This document shows positions 47,834-60,500 of a DNA stretch of 64,000 nucleotides, one piece after another (positions within the stretch are counted from its first letter, which is position 1; the number at the start of each line of letters is the position of its first letter). The notes under the pieces were generated by a model. That model was not told where the DNA came from. It ran no database searches and was given only the letters and a program-made list of their open reading frames with translations. The DNA lies in NCBI GenBank assembly GCA_009914755.4, contig CP068257.2:23872001-23936000 (forward strand), read 5' to 3'. The DNA comes from the human T2T-CHM13v2.0 reference genome, Homo sapiens. The translations under genes and the position numbers were made by a program.

Positions 47834-50800
47834 GTACGCCGACTTCAGTCTCGCGCTCCCGCCCGCCTTTCCTCTCTTGAACGTGGCAGGGACGCCGGGG
47901 GACTTCGGTGCGAGGGTCACCGCCGGGTTAACTGGCGAGGCAAGGCGGGGGCAGCGCGCACGTGGCCGTGGAGCCCGGCCTGGTCCCGCGCGCGCCTGCG
48001 GGTGCCCCCTGGGGACTCAGTGGTGTCGCCTCGCCCGGGACCAGAGATTGCGCTGGATGGATTCCCGCGGGCAGAGGCAGGGGGAAGGAGGGGTGTTCGA
48101 AACCTAATACTTGAGCTTCTTTGCAAAGTTTCCTTGGATGGTTGGGGACGTACCTGTATAATGGCCCTGGACCAGCTTCCCTGTTGGAGTGGCCAGAGAA
48201 GTGTGTAAAACACACTAGAGGGGCAGGGTGGAAAAAGAGACTGCCTTCAAAACTTGTATCTTTTCGATTTCATTTTGAAAAATAACTACAAATCTATTTT
48301 AATTTTACAAAGTTAGACTCATAGCATTTTAGATATCAATGTCTTCATTTAACAGAAGTGAAGATGGAGCAAACGCTCAATCAGCGTCTGTATTTATTCG
48401 CTCCTGTTGTGCCAGGGTGCGTTTTTGCCGAGCGGTTGCCTTTCTTTACTCACAAAACCCCCTTGATGTCTGTCCTCCACGTTTTACGAGGGAGAGCCGG
48501 ATCTTTTGAAGTTTGTATCATCTAAAGCAGGTATATTGGGATGACTATGGATAGAATTTAACCTGAAAACACTGAAGTTGACAGCTGACAAAGATATAAG
48601 AATCCAAAGTATGTTAAAAATTAAGGAGCTGAGGCCCACAGAAGTGAAGTTACTTTTCCAGCATCACACAGCAGATCTAGGACCCTGTGTGATTTGAAAA
48701 GGCCAAGGTATCTAATGATGCTCATAATTTAGTTTACATTTTGTGTCAAATAGATGAGGTCAAGTGGACATTATGTGTATATTCCAAAGCCAAAATTACT
48801 GCTTGTAATATCCATTCATCTCTCCGAAGACGTAGTGCCTCTTTTATATGGCTTTAACCTAATGTATAATCGAAGTGAATTAGGGCAGCCAGACTTTTAA
48901 TCACAGGACTGATCTTTTAAAAACGGGTATATGTAAAGTTAATTGCTTATCTATGTGAACAGTAATATACACTATAAAAAGTTTTCAAGGCAACTTCCTG
49001 CCTGTGGTTTAATTTGATAGTCACAATGATAGGAAATTGGCAGGGTTAGGTGGTGGTATCTACATTTTGCCCATGAGGACTTGTGGCTCAGAGAATTTGA
49101 GTTTTTTCTAGTAAGGTCACTAGGTCCCTAGTGCACAGCCTGCTTTTAGGTACGGATGTGGGATGGGGGTGTCGGCAGACCACAGGGTTTTGACTCTCAG
49201 TTTGGGCTCATTTCCATGACTCCTTGCTGCCTCCCTGATTTCTGTCAAATGACCAAAGCACATTTAGTAATTACTTCTGCTGCAAGGACTACTCCTTATT
49301 AGGCTGTGATAAGTAAGTTTCCTCACATAGTGGGTCAGCTCACTCTGGCCACAGGACCCAGCTTCCTAACCACACACATTAAGAAAGAGAAAAATTAGCA
49401 CTGTCTGAGACCTACAACCACTTCAAGGGAGAACAGTGGTGTTTGCACAAATGTCTACTTTTGTTTTAACCTAGTCATGTGTAAAAAGTGTAATTCACTG
49501 GTCTTTACCAAAAAAAAAAAAAAAAAAACAACAACAAAAAAAAAACAGGCATCATAGTCTGCCTGTGCTGGACGCTATGCTAGACACTGGAGAGACAAAG
49601 GTGAGCAGGATAGGCACAACCCTACCCTTACAAACCCAGAAAGTTAGAGGAAGGCCATCAGGACATTGCTGTGCAATTTGATATCATTTCAATTTTGGTA
49701 ACATAGATATTTGAACTAATTAGAATGTGCTACAAATTTTGCCATTCTTTACTTTCCATATGCCAACATGGAAAATTTGTAACCCTCATCTTTAAATACC
49801 TCATCTTACCAGTCCTCTATAAATCAAAAAATCTACCCCAAAAAGCCCTAGGTTTTAACTTTTGAAAAGTTTTTTTTTATCAGCTTTTCAGGTCATGACT
49901 AAGATCTGCCATTCAATTTAAAGGAATTCTTTCATTTTAGAGTAATAGTTACTAAAATCCTTTATTCCTACCTCCTTGAGAATCTAATGGAAATTTTATA
50001 TGCTCTTCCCAGAAAATTTTTGTTAATGTGTATCCTCACACACCAATTTGCATTCGATGTTAGCAGGCTAGAGACTTCCTTGAATCTCAGCCATGACCCT
50101 CTTCGGGGGTCCACTTTCATAATCAGTATTCTAAACCTAGTAGGCATAAATAGCTTGAATAGAGGAAAGTGGTATGTAGACTCTTGCCCTTCACTTGGAC
50201 TGGGCACCTCTATCACTTGGACTGGGCACCAGCTAGTGCCCTTAACTAGCTGGTGTCTCCATTTTTGATAGTCATTGGCTATTGCTTAGCTGAAGCTATT
50301 GATTTTAACAGCCTTATTGTTTTGATATCAGGCTGCCACTCTGCAGAAGTCTAATACTGGGGAAGGAGCACCGGCCTGAGAACCATGGTTTGTTTCTAGG
50401 ACCAACTCTGCAGATTTCTGTGCCTCATTTTGCTCATCTCTAAGATGGGTGGTTGATGGGTGGCAGGGACTGAACCATTTCTAAAATCCCTTACACTGAT
50501 GAAATTCTGTGATTCCAGTGTAACTACCAAGCTCACTTTCATATACCTCCTGAGACACAGCTGGTCTTAGTGAATTTATATCCTCTATGTCCAAAGTAAG
50601 TCAAAGTAAGTACCACTATAATTCACTATAGAATGTATTTTTGTCTTTCACTGATCTTACTGGACTCAAAACTGTTACATGTTTCCTTAAATTAGATAGA
50701 ATAAAAAAATTGTGAAACACTACTTTTCAAGGAAAAATATTACAATTTTAAAAGCCTCTTTTTATCCCACCTCTCAGTAGCTACAACTTTCATATACGAG

Positions 50801-51559
50801 TTTCACATATATATGAAAAAAATTTTCTTATCTCAGACTCTTAAGGAAATGCAATGCTTTTAATATGATCACTGCTGTGTAATTCTCATCTGCCCTGAAA
50901 CACTTGTTCTGTCCATCAATCAATGTATTTGGGTTTACAATATGCAGAGCCTCAAGCAAAACCAGTGCAAAAGCACATCTATCCTCAAATAGGCACATCA
51001 TATGTCTGAGCAGTTCAGCATCCTCACTCACAAGTCCAAGGCTCTCAGCAATGTGGAAGAAGATGTGATTCCTAAAATTACCACCCTTACACACAGTGAC
51101 ACACTCACCAGAAAGTGAGGCTTAACATAGCTTAAGTGGCTGTAGTTTAAAACAGATTGTGAATATCTGTGCTAATTCTGAGAAACAATTAGCAGACATA
51201 TTAACCAATTAGCACAGATCACTAATATCTGTGCTAATTGTTAGGACAGATTAGCACAGATATTGCTACCTTGTGTGGGTAGACAGGGTTAAGGCACTGG
51301 CAGAAGGAAAGATTAGTGAGGAATATCAAATAGCTGATTTAATGAAATTGTGAGGCCGATGTTTGGATAAGGTGAAACAGTGCCCTACAATGACATTTAT
51401 GCCAGTTCTCCATAAACAAGAGTGTTCTACACAAATTATAAGTTCCTGGCTGTCTTAACAAAATGCTATGGTCCTTTATATGCTCACACAAATAATGGTT
51501 CCAAGCATGGGAAACAGGTGCCAGATTGCCCAGGTAGGCATCCCAGCAGCATGCTCCTT

Positions 51560-51745
51560 AGCCACTGATTAACCTTGCGCAAGTTATTTCACCTGCCTGT
51601 GCCTCAAGGCCCCTGTGTTTCAATGGGGAGGGTGTGAATACTCATTCCTAAGGTTGTGAGGAGGAATAACTGAGTTAGTATACGTCAAACACTTAGGTGC
51701 TTGGCACAGAGGGAGCCTGTGTAAGTGTTTGCTATTATTTTGTTT
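51560..51745 (+). mobile_element. MIR SINE (in MIR155HG intron 1)
   Basis: ...gcgcaagttatttcacctgcctgtgcctcaaggcccctgtgtttcaatggggagggtgtgaatactcattcctaaggttgtgaggaggaataactgag...aaacacttaggtgcttggcacagagggagcctgtgtaagtgtttgctattatt. Confidence 0.5.
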
Positions 51746-52309
51746 CAGTAGATGATCTTGTGTATTATAAGAAATCAATTTGGAAGGTGAGATACAAATG
51801 CAGTCTGAGAAAGTAAAGACGTTTTAAAGACATTTTACTGTGTCATGAATTTTCAGAGACCACACTGACATGGTAAAAAGTTGTTTGGTTTTTAGAATTT
51901 TTGTTTCAGAATGCATATCCTTCTCCTTAACCAAAAGAAAAACTACTAAAATACTTCTGAAAATTATTTCCAAGAAAACATTTTGGTGTACCTTTTAGCA
52001 GTTACTTTATGACTTAAAGATTAGGATGAACAAAATAATTATTTTAACTTGGCTTTTACCTGCTTGTAGATAACCTCTAATTTATATAATGGTTCAATTA
52101 TACAGTGGTAAATGTATCTGGGCTTGTTCTTTTAAAATAGCAAGTGTAACATGTGATAGATGTAGGGTACTTACAAAGTACTCACCAAGCATTGATGACT
52201 GATGTCATTAGTATCATGGCTAACATTCACTGAGCCCTGATTATGAGGCTGACACCCAACTAAATGTTTTGCATTGTCACTTCATCTTCACAAAGACTTT
52301 TTGAATAGG

Positions 52310-52430
52310 TTATTCTTTATCTCCATTTTCAGAGAAGCAACTAAGCCCTAAAGAGGTTTATTAACTTGCCAAATACCACACAGCTAGTAACACTGGTGGG
52401 GTCTGGAATGGAACCCAGGCAAGCTGAAAA
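52310..52430 (-). mobile_element. MIR SINE fragment (minus)
   Basis: tctccattttcagagaagcaactaagccctaaagaggtttattaacttgccaaataccacacagctagtaacactggtggggtctggaatggaacccaggcaag equals the reverse complement of the MIR core. Confidence 0.5.
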
Positions 52431-55414
52431 CGACAGAACAATGAACACTCCTACTTTTCAATTCGATTTGCTAATTGTTAATATTTGCCACACTGGCTTA
52501 TCTCTCTGTATCCCTACCCATCTCTCTCTCTCTCTGTCTATATCTATATGCAAACCTGGCATCTAACTTCTAAATGCTTGAGCACGGATCTCCTAAGAAC
52601 AAGTACATGGTTCTATGCAATGAAAAGACATGATTATGGCATCCAAGAGTGATTTTAAAAATCAAGGATGAAACTTAATTTTTACCCACAAGTCCAGACG
52701 ATGATTTCTACCAGTATTCTCCAGCTTTACTCTGTTTCTTATACTTGACAGACTGAGCTCCAAGCCTGGAATCTTCTAAAAAGGGTCCACTGCCAATCTG
52801 GAATGCCAACAAATCTTATTAATATATCTCCACATTTGTAAGCTTCTACTAAATTCTCCAAGAACCTGCATATCAGTTAAGTCCTGAAATGCTCCAGTGC
52901 CAAATAAAAGCCCACTGTGCAGATAGAAATGCTTTTGGTGACTCTCAAACATTTATTCAAAGGTATTTAGTGAGTATCTGTCAGCTGTATATCCAGCACT
53001 GAGGGAAGACTCAGTCTCTGCCATCACATACACCTCAGCACTAAGAAGAGACACATGAAATAATTACCATCCAGTGTGATAAGTGCTCTGACAGAGGATG
53101 GAGTGAGGACTAGTCACCTTGGGGAAGACAGAGAAGCAGGGTCCCACCAGGAGATGAGGAGAAGCCAGCCTCCAGGAGTGCGCTATCTGAGAGGGCAAGA
53201 GAAGGAAGGCAAAGAGGACGGGTCCATACTTGAACAACTTGAAGTAGGTGTATCTAGTGCCTAAGAGTGTGTATGGTGACATCTTGTGGAGCAGTGAACA
53301 TGACCCTCATTTGGTTTGTTAAAGCATTGGGTCAAATGCCACGGGAATGTAACAGGTAAATGGTCTTTGCCTTATAACACAGGGTATCCCATCCGTGTAA
53401 GACAATGAATTTTTAAAAAGGCAAAACCAAACCTTTTGTTTACATCATTTGCCTTAAATAGTTCTTAGTACACAAATTCTTCCTTGCTTGGGGCCATTAT
53501 GGTGTGTGGAAGTAGAAAAAGATAAACTGTAGCTTACAGAAATAGAAAAGCAATTTTTTCCTATGATAGAGGCATACGGATACAAAAAACAAACAGGTAA
53601 CACATAATAAGTTCCAAATGAGGCATTTTGTTGAAATTCAGTGTTGAGCATAAACAGTGAACTCAAATGCACAGAGGAGGCGTCATGGAAGGGTGACAAA
53701 ACACTCCAGAGCAATAACAGCTACCCTATTTTCTGTTCCCTGGGAGTAGGGAGAAAAGACATCAAAATCAAATTATAAATTTAAAAAAGTATTAAAATTC
53801 TCTTATGGAAATATATTAAGAAGTTTGTTAGGCAAATGGAAAACGTTTTGTGGAAACAAGAAATAAGAAAGAATGGCCATCACTTAAAGCAACAGAATGT
53901 ATCTCTCCCACTAGCTCTCCCCTCCCTACCCACAGCTTTATTCACATTTGTTCTATAACATTTCAGCACAGTTCAGACCTTCCGCTGAGCCAGTGTGAGG
54001 TCAGGGTGTTGAGGAAGCGAGTCCCTGCAGTCAGACTCCAGCTGGCTGTCGTCCTGCTTCTGCTTATTCCACAGAATGAGCCTGGTGGGGGAGAGGAAAT
54101 TCCTAACCTGTTTTTTTTTACACATCTTCATCAGAAAAGCGAAAGCACTAATTACTGTCCATAATAAAACTACTGGGAAGGTTACTTAGCTTGTAAGTAA
54201 GTTCCACAAAGCCATTTCAGTAAAAACTTCCTGGTTCTAAAATTGGGAAAAGCAGGATAATCCTCTAAGGCTGACATTCTTTCTCTTTTGTGCATTTACA
54301 ACTAAACGGTCACTGATACACATTTCCACAGTGACCCTGCAATATCCACATTGGCTTTCTTCTAAGACACTTCAAAAATACATCACACCTTTATGTGTTA
54401 AATATCACTATTGGCATATATCTTTAAAAACATTTATTTTCTTAATTCTCAAAATACAGAAAAGAATGTTATGCTATTGTGTGCACAAACTGCTATTTTC
54501 AATAAGGAGCTCTTAATTTAGAAAGTTGCTATTTTTCAATAAAGAGCTCTCAATTAGAAAATATCAAGAAGTGATGTTAAGTTTTTATGGAAATAAATAA
54601 AGTATCATGACATGAAAAGTTTATAATTTTTCCCCCAGCAATGGCTTACTCAGGGAATTTTTCTTATATGTAAAGTTAATGATCTGAAAAGTGGTAATCT
54701 TATCATTCACCAAGATTTCAGGATATAAGTTATTCCTACAGAACAATCCATTTTTACCTTTAAAGATGAGTTTGTGTACTTCAGAAGATGTGACGCCAGT
54801 TGGCCACCATCTCAATCAGTAGTAAGTCACACCATCAATCCCTTGTTAATGATGGAACTCATGTGAAGTCAAGAGGAAACATAATACTCTTTACCTCATT
54901 CCCTGGTAGCAGAGAAGTTGACTCATCTTTAATGTCAGTTATTGAGATGTAACACAGAATCATATTCTACAGAAAATATGTGATAAACTTTACACAAATG
55001 AATACACTTTAGAAAGGCAGTCATTTGGATTTTCTTTTTGTCAGAGAACATTGCAAGTCTTCCTGAAGAATTTCTGAGAAATTAAACACTTTATATGACA
55101 TTTTACAGCATGTAGAGAGGTTGAAACTCAGAGAACTAAAACTCAGATGATAGTCTAAATACTTAATTTGTTGCTGCTTTATGCTGGACATGAAAAGTGT
55201 GAGCTTAAATTATAAATAAAAAACTGTTGAGCTATCAAACTATTTGGGGTACATCCTTATCTTTCCTCTAAATTACTCTTTATTCCCATTAAAATCCACC
55301 TATCCCGGGTCCTCTCTCCTCAGCCCTTCACCTCTGCTTTCAAAGATGACTAACTAACCTAATAAACACATCTAAGGTGATGTGTCAACTTCAACCCCAA
55401 CCCTTTTTCCCCAG

Positions 55415-55499
55415 ATAACTTGTCTGCATTTCAAGAACAACCTACCAGAGACCTTACCTGTCACCTTGGCTCTCCCACCCAATGGAGATGGCTCTAATG
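55415..55499 (+). ncRNA. MIR155HG: Candidate MIR155HG exon 2 (85 nt), flanked by strong canonical splice sites
   Basis: Acceptor: tcaaccccaaccctttttccccAG|ATAACTTGTCTGC.... Donor: ...GGCTCTAATG|GTAAGGaattc. Size fits a three-exon transcript of about 1.5 kb. Unique (non-repeat) sequence. Not independently confirmed. Confidence 0.5.
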
Positions 55500-56339
55500 G
55501 TAAGGAATTCTATCTTAAGTAAAAGGGAAGGGAAACACGCTGACAGATGCAGTTTTTATAAAGGCAGGTCATTGGGGCACCAAGTTGGCAGCCGCTTTCA
55601 ACTTTTGATTCTACCTCAAAAGGTAACCAAGAAATCGTTGTTATTCTAAAGATTATGACAAGTCCAAAGTTTCACAGAATCCTGATTTTTATACACTTGC
55701 ATTAATCACTGCTTACTTCCATGATGTAAACCAAAACTGCAGCGGCAGAATATAGAGAATCAGAATAAATTCTGATAGAAAAGGCAGATACTGTTTCCAC
55801 ATATACAAGTATATGCTAATTGCTTTTAGCAAACTGATCCAAATAGGAATCAACATTATTCCATCTTAATGATTATGTTTTTGATTGGTACACATAAATG
55901 TTAAAGTGGGAAAATATGCAGAGAAAGTTACCTAAACTAAATCACTTTAATTTTCAACAACATAATTACATTCCATTTCACCTACTAAAATGGCTTTGGA
56001 CCTAGAATTTGTATTGCTACATCAATATAAGATGACTTTCAGTAAAAATAGATGTACAGTTGATTTGTAACAACAAATTAATAGTTTTAAATTATTTGTA
56101 TATTTCAAGGTAAATAAAATTAGAGCTATCCCACAATCGCTTTGGTTATGAAATTCGACCACTGTAACTTTTTTTAAAGAAAACTTTATGGTGTGCAGTT
56201 CCTTTGGTATGCAAATATTAAATGGTTGGTGCTGAGAATAAGCAGCAATATAGAAATATATATAATTGTAGAAGAATATAACCTATGATTTAGACATAAA
56301 ATGAGATCCTTACAAGATAAAGAGTTATGGAGATGGATG

Positions 56340-56465
56340 ATAATGATAGTTGTAGAACATTATGACTAAGTGTTTAATATAGCGGACCTGTACACTTAAA
56401 AATGGTGAAGATGTTAAACTTACATTATGTTTACATTACATATTTCACCACAATAAAAAATTTTT
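56340..56465 (+). mobile_element. L1 3'UTR tail fragment
   Basis: ...acctgtacacttaaaaatggtgaagatgttaaacttacattatgtttacattacatatttcaccacaataaaaaa matches the canonical L1M 3' terminus. Confidence 0.45.
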
Positions 56466-56584
56466 GAAGGAAAACCAGAACTTTAATGACAAACTTAGGA
56501 CATATTATGCTCTGAATATATAGTTTTGATAACGTCTTTCCTGGCAAATCAACAAGGTAAGAATAAAAGGATATTCTGAAATCT

Positions 56585-56880
56585 TTTTTTTTCTTTGGAG
56601 ACAGAGTCTTGCTCTGTTGCCCAGGCTGGAGTGCAGTGGCACAATCTCGGCTCACTACTACCTTCTGCCTCCCAGGTTCAAGTGATCCTCCTGCCTCAGC
56701 CTCCTGAGTAGCTGGGATTATAGGCGTGCGCCACCACGCCTAGCTAATTTTTTTGTATTTTTAGTAGAGACGGGGTTTTACCATGTTGGTCACGCTGGTC
56801 TCAAACTCCTGACCTCATGATCCGCCCACCTCGGCCTCCCAAAATGCTAGGATTACAGGCATGAGACACCGCACCCAGCC
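56585..56880 (-). mobile_element. Alu SINE (minus)
   Basis: Poly-T then ggagacagagtcttgctctgttgcccaggctggagtgcagtggcacaatctcggctcac...ctaggattacaggcatgagacaccgcacccagcc. Confidence 0.95.
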
Positions 56881-59558
56881 AGATATTCTTAAATCTTATG
56901 CTCACACTCCACCCCCCCCAAAAAAATTGTCCTTCAGGAAAGCATAATTTAAGGAAAAATTTCCCAAAGTGCCACCTTCAGCTTCATTCTTAGCACCAGA
57001 GGAAGAATTGCCTGTCATATAATGAAAGATCCTTGGTGTTATCATTAATCTAGTATACATAGTGCTTCCTCTTGGTAGATTTTTACCTACTGTGAGAAGG
57101 AATGATTTTGATACTCAGACAGTGTGTAGTAATTTGTTAAGAACATTTAACTTGGAACCTATGCTACACAGTAAAACTTATACTGACAATGGATATTTCA
57201 TGTGGTAGGCCTAAGAAGTATTGTGGAGTGAGGGGACTGGAAGTATATCTGCAGAACTACCTAGTCAAAGACCCCAGTCTAATTTCTAATGTATAATTCA
57301 TATAAATTACTCTTGCATTGCTATACATTAAACATTATGCTTGTCACATTCTTACTTGGTTAGCACTGTCACTACTGATTGTCAGGCCTATAATTGTGTA
57401 TAATTCTTCCCCTGCCACTTTACCAGCTGGTGGCCACACCGATTCCAGAAAGAACTACTTTATTTCTTATTACCTCATGAAAGCACCCTCTGCCCAGTGC
57501 CTTGGCTAATAGACTGGCCTTTGTTGTCTATGACCACTAATTCCCACTCAGGCATATAGCAATTCTGTTGGTGGTTGCTTAGCCCAGTCAAAAACACTGG
57601 AAGTGGACATAGACTCCACACTGATGAATGAATGACCTTCTAGTCATTCTAATGTCCTTAAAAGTCTACTATTTTTAAATTGTAGAATATATATATATAT
57701 ATATATATTTTTTTTTTTTCTGGGATATTTCTCCTTTCTTCTGTTCATTAATGTTTTTCATCTATCATTGTGTTTTAAATATGACCTAAGGTTCTATAGT
57801 ATATTTAGACAAACTTCTCATTTCTCTGCAGTGTTCGGAATTCATCATGCCTGTATGACAAGGTTGTGTTTGAGAACAAAAGGGGACCTGTGTGACATGT
57901 TTTATTTCAATATACATTTAGAGTTTGAACAAATAAAAAAAGCTATTAGAATTTTTAATATATATAACACATTATCAAAAACACTGTCACTTTTCTGAGT
58001 GCTCTAATCAGGCAATTCGTATGTATATTTAAAAAGAGGGAAAAAGCTAATTAGTATACTAAATATATTTATTTTAATACCTGTGCTCATATGTTATCTT
58101 TAAAGAACAGGAATAAAATTTATGGGTAGAATAGTATGCCAGCAATTTACCTTCAATACAAATTAAACACATCTTTTAAGAAAAGGGCGAGTTATATTGG
58201 CTGGGGTGGCACTAACACTACATTATTAATATGTATTTATTGAGCATTTACTGTGTCCAGGACCCTGTAAGGGGGAAAAAAAGTCCTTGTTTTTACAATC
58301 TTTATTGACTGAAATTCTGTAAAATGAATTGAATTCCTGAAGTGACATCATTTAACCCAAATTTTTTCATCATCAACTAATTCATCTCAGAAAACAGTAA
58401 AGTTTAAAAAAAAATACTATCAGTAAGAATAATATATTTCCTTGGTTTGGAAATTTCCAAACCACGATATTCTGCCCTGTCAAAATATATTCACTGGGGA
58501 ATTTTTTACTTCATACGTTTCTTTTGAACTTAGTCACATTTTTATATCTAGCTGGTTTCATTATTAAATAAAAGAAAAGGTGATTCCCCTCTTGTACTGC
58601 AGGAGACCACATACTTGAATGATACTCTAACTTCTAGGTTCTGTTATAGTAACACTGAAATCAGAAACCTGTGGGAGAAATGTCACTTTATCTGAGAGAG
58701 TAAAATCAGACTCTAAAAGGAAGTAGCAAATTCATCTTGTTCTTTTTTTTAATCAACCCTCTGCCTAAGACAAGTAGTTTGAAACACAGAGGACTCTTTA
58801 AGTCATACTTCCTTTATGTAGTCAAAACCAAAGCCACTGGGTAGTGCTTTCCCCAAAGGAATCTCTAAATAGTAGACGGGGACATTTTCAGATAGATTCG
58901 TTTGTAGGCAAACCTCCATTGCTTGTATCACATTTCCTGAAAGAATAAAGGTAAAACTTCAACTATGTATTACAGAAAGAAAAATTCAGCCTGAACCCTA
59001 CCCTTATAAAACAGGTTAATTGGGTTTTAATTTTCATAAATCATAAAGGACTATTTTGAACATTTGGGCCTTTAATTGTCTAGCTCCTAGATGAAGTACA
59101 AATCAGAAAAAAAAAAACTGTACTGTGTCAGAATGCAAGCTTTCCTCTTTGCATTTTGGCATTTGAAAACTCCGAAGAGCGGTTTTTGTTTTTTATTTAA
59201 AGAAGATGATACATATGTGTACCCGATTCAAAACTAGAGAATAGAATTTAAAACATAATTTTCAAAGTCTTCAAATATGCCTAAAGGTAACAATGTCATC
59301 TTTTAATTGCCAATTTCTCTACCACTTTCAAAAAATTACTTCCAAGGATTTAATGAGCTCCTTCCTTTCAACAGAAAATGGACTATTTTCCTTTCAGATT
59401 TACTATATGCTGTCACTCCAGCTTTATAACCGCATGTGCATACACAAACATTTCTTTCTCTCTTGCAGGTGGCACAAACCAGGAAGGGGAAATCTGTGGT
59501 TTAAATTCTTTATGCCTCATCCTCTGAGTGCTGAAGGCTTGCTGTAGGCTGTATGCTG

Positions 59559-59582
59559 TTAATGCTAATCGTGATAGGGGTT
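59559..59582 (+). ncRNA. MIR155: Mature miR-155-5p: UUAAUGCUAAUCGUGAUAGGGGUU
   Basis: Exact match to the hsa-miR-155-5p sequence (ttaatgctaatcgtgataggggtt). Confidence 0.97.
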
Positions 59583-59597
59583 TTTGCCTCCAACTGA

Positions 59598-59619
59598 CTC
59601 CTACATATTAGCATTAACA
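59598..59619 (+). ncRNA. MIR155: Mature miR-155-3p: CUCCUACAUAUUAGCAUUAACA
   Basis: Exact match (ctcctacatattagcattaaca) on the 3' arm. Confidence 0.95.
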
Positions 59620-60329
59620 GTGTATGATGCCTGTTACTAGCATTCACATGGAACAAATTGCTGCCGTGGGAGGATGACAAAGAAGCATGAGTCACCCTGC
59701 TGGATAAACTTAGACTTCAGGCTTTATCATTTTTCAATCTGTTAATCATAATCTGGTCACTGGGATGTTCAACCTTAAACTAAGTTTTGAAAGTAAGGTT
59801 ATTTAAAAGATTTATCAGTAGTATCCTAAATGCAAACATTTTCATTTAAATGTCAAGCCCATGTTTGTTTTTATCATTAACAGAAAATATATTCATGTCA
59901 TTCTTAATTGCAGGTTTTGGCTTGTTCATTATAATGTTCATAAACACCTTTGATTCAACTGTTAGAAATGTGGGCTAAACACAAATTTCTATAATATTTT
60001 TGTAGTTAAAAATTAGAAGGACTACTAACCTCCAGTTATATCATGGATTGTCTGGCAACGTTTTTTAAAAGATTTAGAAACTGGTACTTTCCCCCAGGTA
60101 ACGATTTTCTGTTCAGGCAACTTCAGTTTAAAATTAATACTTTTATTTGACTCTTAAAGGGAAACTGAAAGGCTATGAAGCTGAATTTTTTTAATGAAAT
60201 ATTTTTAACAGTTAGCAGGGTAAATAACATCTGACAGCTAATGAGATATTTTTTCCATACAAGATAAAAAGATTTAATCAAAAAATTTCATATTTGAAAT
60301 GAAGTCCCAAATCTAGGTTCAAGTTCAAT

Positions 60330-60500
60330 AGCTTAGCCACATAATACGGTTGTGCGAGCAGAGAATCTACCTTTCCACTTCTAAGCCTGTTTCTTCCTCC
60401 ATAAAATGGGGATAATACTTTACAAGGTTGTTGTGAGGCTTAGATGAGATAGAGAATTATTCCATAAGATAATCAAGTGCTACATTAATGTTATAGTTAG
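60330..60500 (+). mobile_element. MIR SINE fragment embedded in MIR155HG exon 3
   Basis: ...cttctaagcctgtttcttcctccataaaatggggataatactttacaaggttgttgtgaggcttagatgagatagagaattattcc...aagtgctacattaatgtt matches the MIR core (cctcagtttcctcatctgtaaaatggggataataata.tacctac.tcatagggttgttgtgaggattaaatgag). Confidence 0.55.

Larger units (their letters stand above)
47100..48230. promoter_or_regulatory. MIR155HG: CpG island (GC-rich, CpG-dense) spanning the MIR155HG promoter and exon 1
   Basis: Abrupt shift from AT-rich repeat DNA to sequence dense in CG dinucleotides (e.g. gcgcgggcttcctgtgcgcggccgagcccgggcccagcgccgcc; gtcccgcgcgcgcctgcggg). The only such block in the 64 kb. Confidence 0.8.
59556..59620 (+). 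ncRNA. MIR155: pre-miR-155 hairpin (MIR155)
   Basis: Exact: CTGTTAATGCTAATCGTGATAGGGGTTTTTGCCTCCAACTGACTCCTACATATTAGCATTAACAG. Arms are reverse-complementary. Matches the human mir-155 stem-loop. Confidence 0.97.

Noticed and set aside
47897-47906. NF-kB-like decamer GGGGACTTCG in intron 1
   Set aside because: It mismatches the GGGRNWYYCC consensus at two positions. The documented NF-kB sites of MIR155HG are further upstream, and I cannot support a call from sequence alone.
49510-49552. Long A-rich tract (A20 CAACAACA A10) that could be a retroposon tail
   Set aside because: No recognisable SINE/LINE body lies immediately upstream. It is most likely a simple poly-A low-complexity tract or the remnant of a highly decayed element.
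52752-52837. Alternative MIR155HG exon 2 candidate (acceptor ...cttatacttgacAG|, donor CACATTT|GTAAGC)
   Set aside because: Its splice signals are weaker than those of 55415-55499 (non-AG exon end). I kept it only as a fallback, and cDNA alignment would decide.
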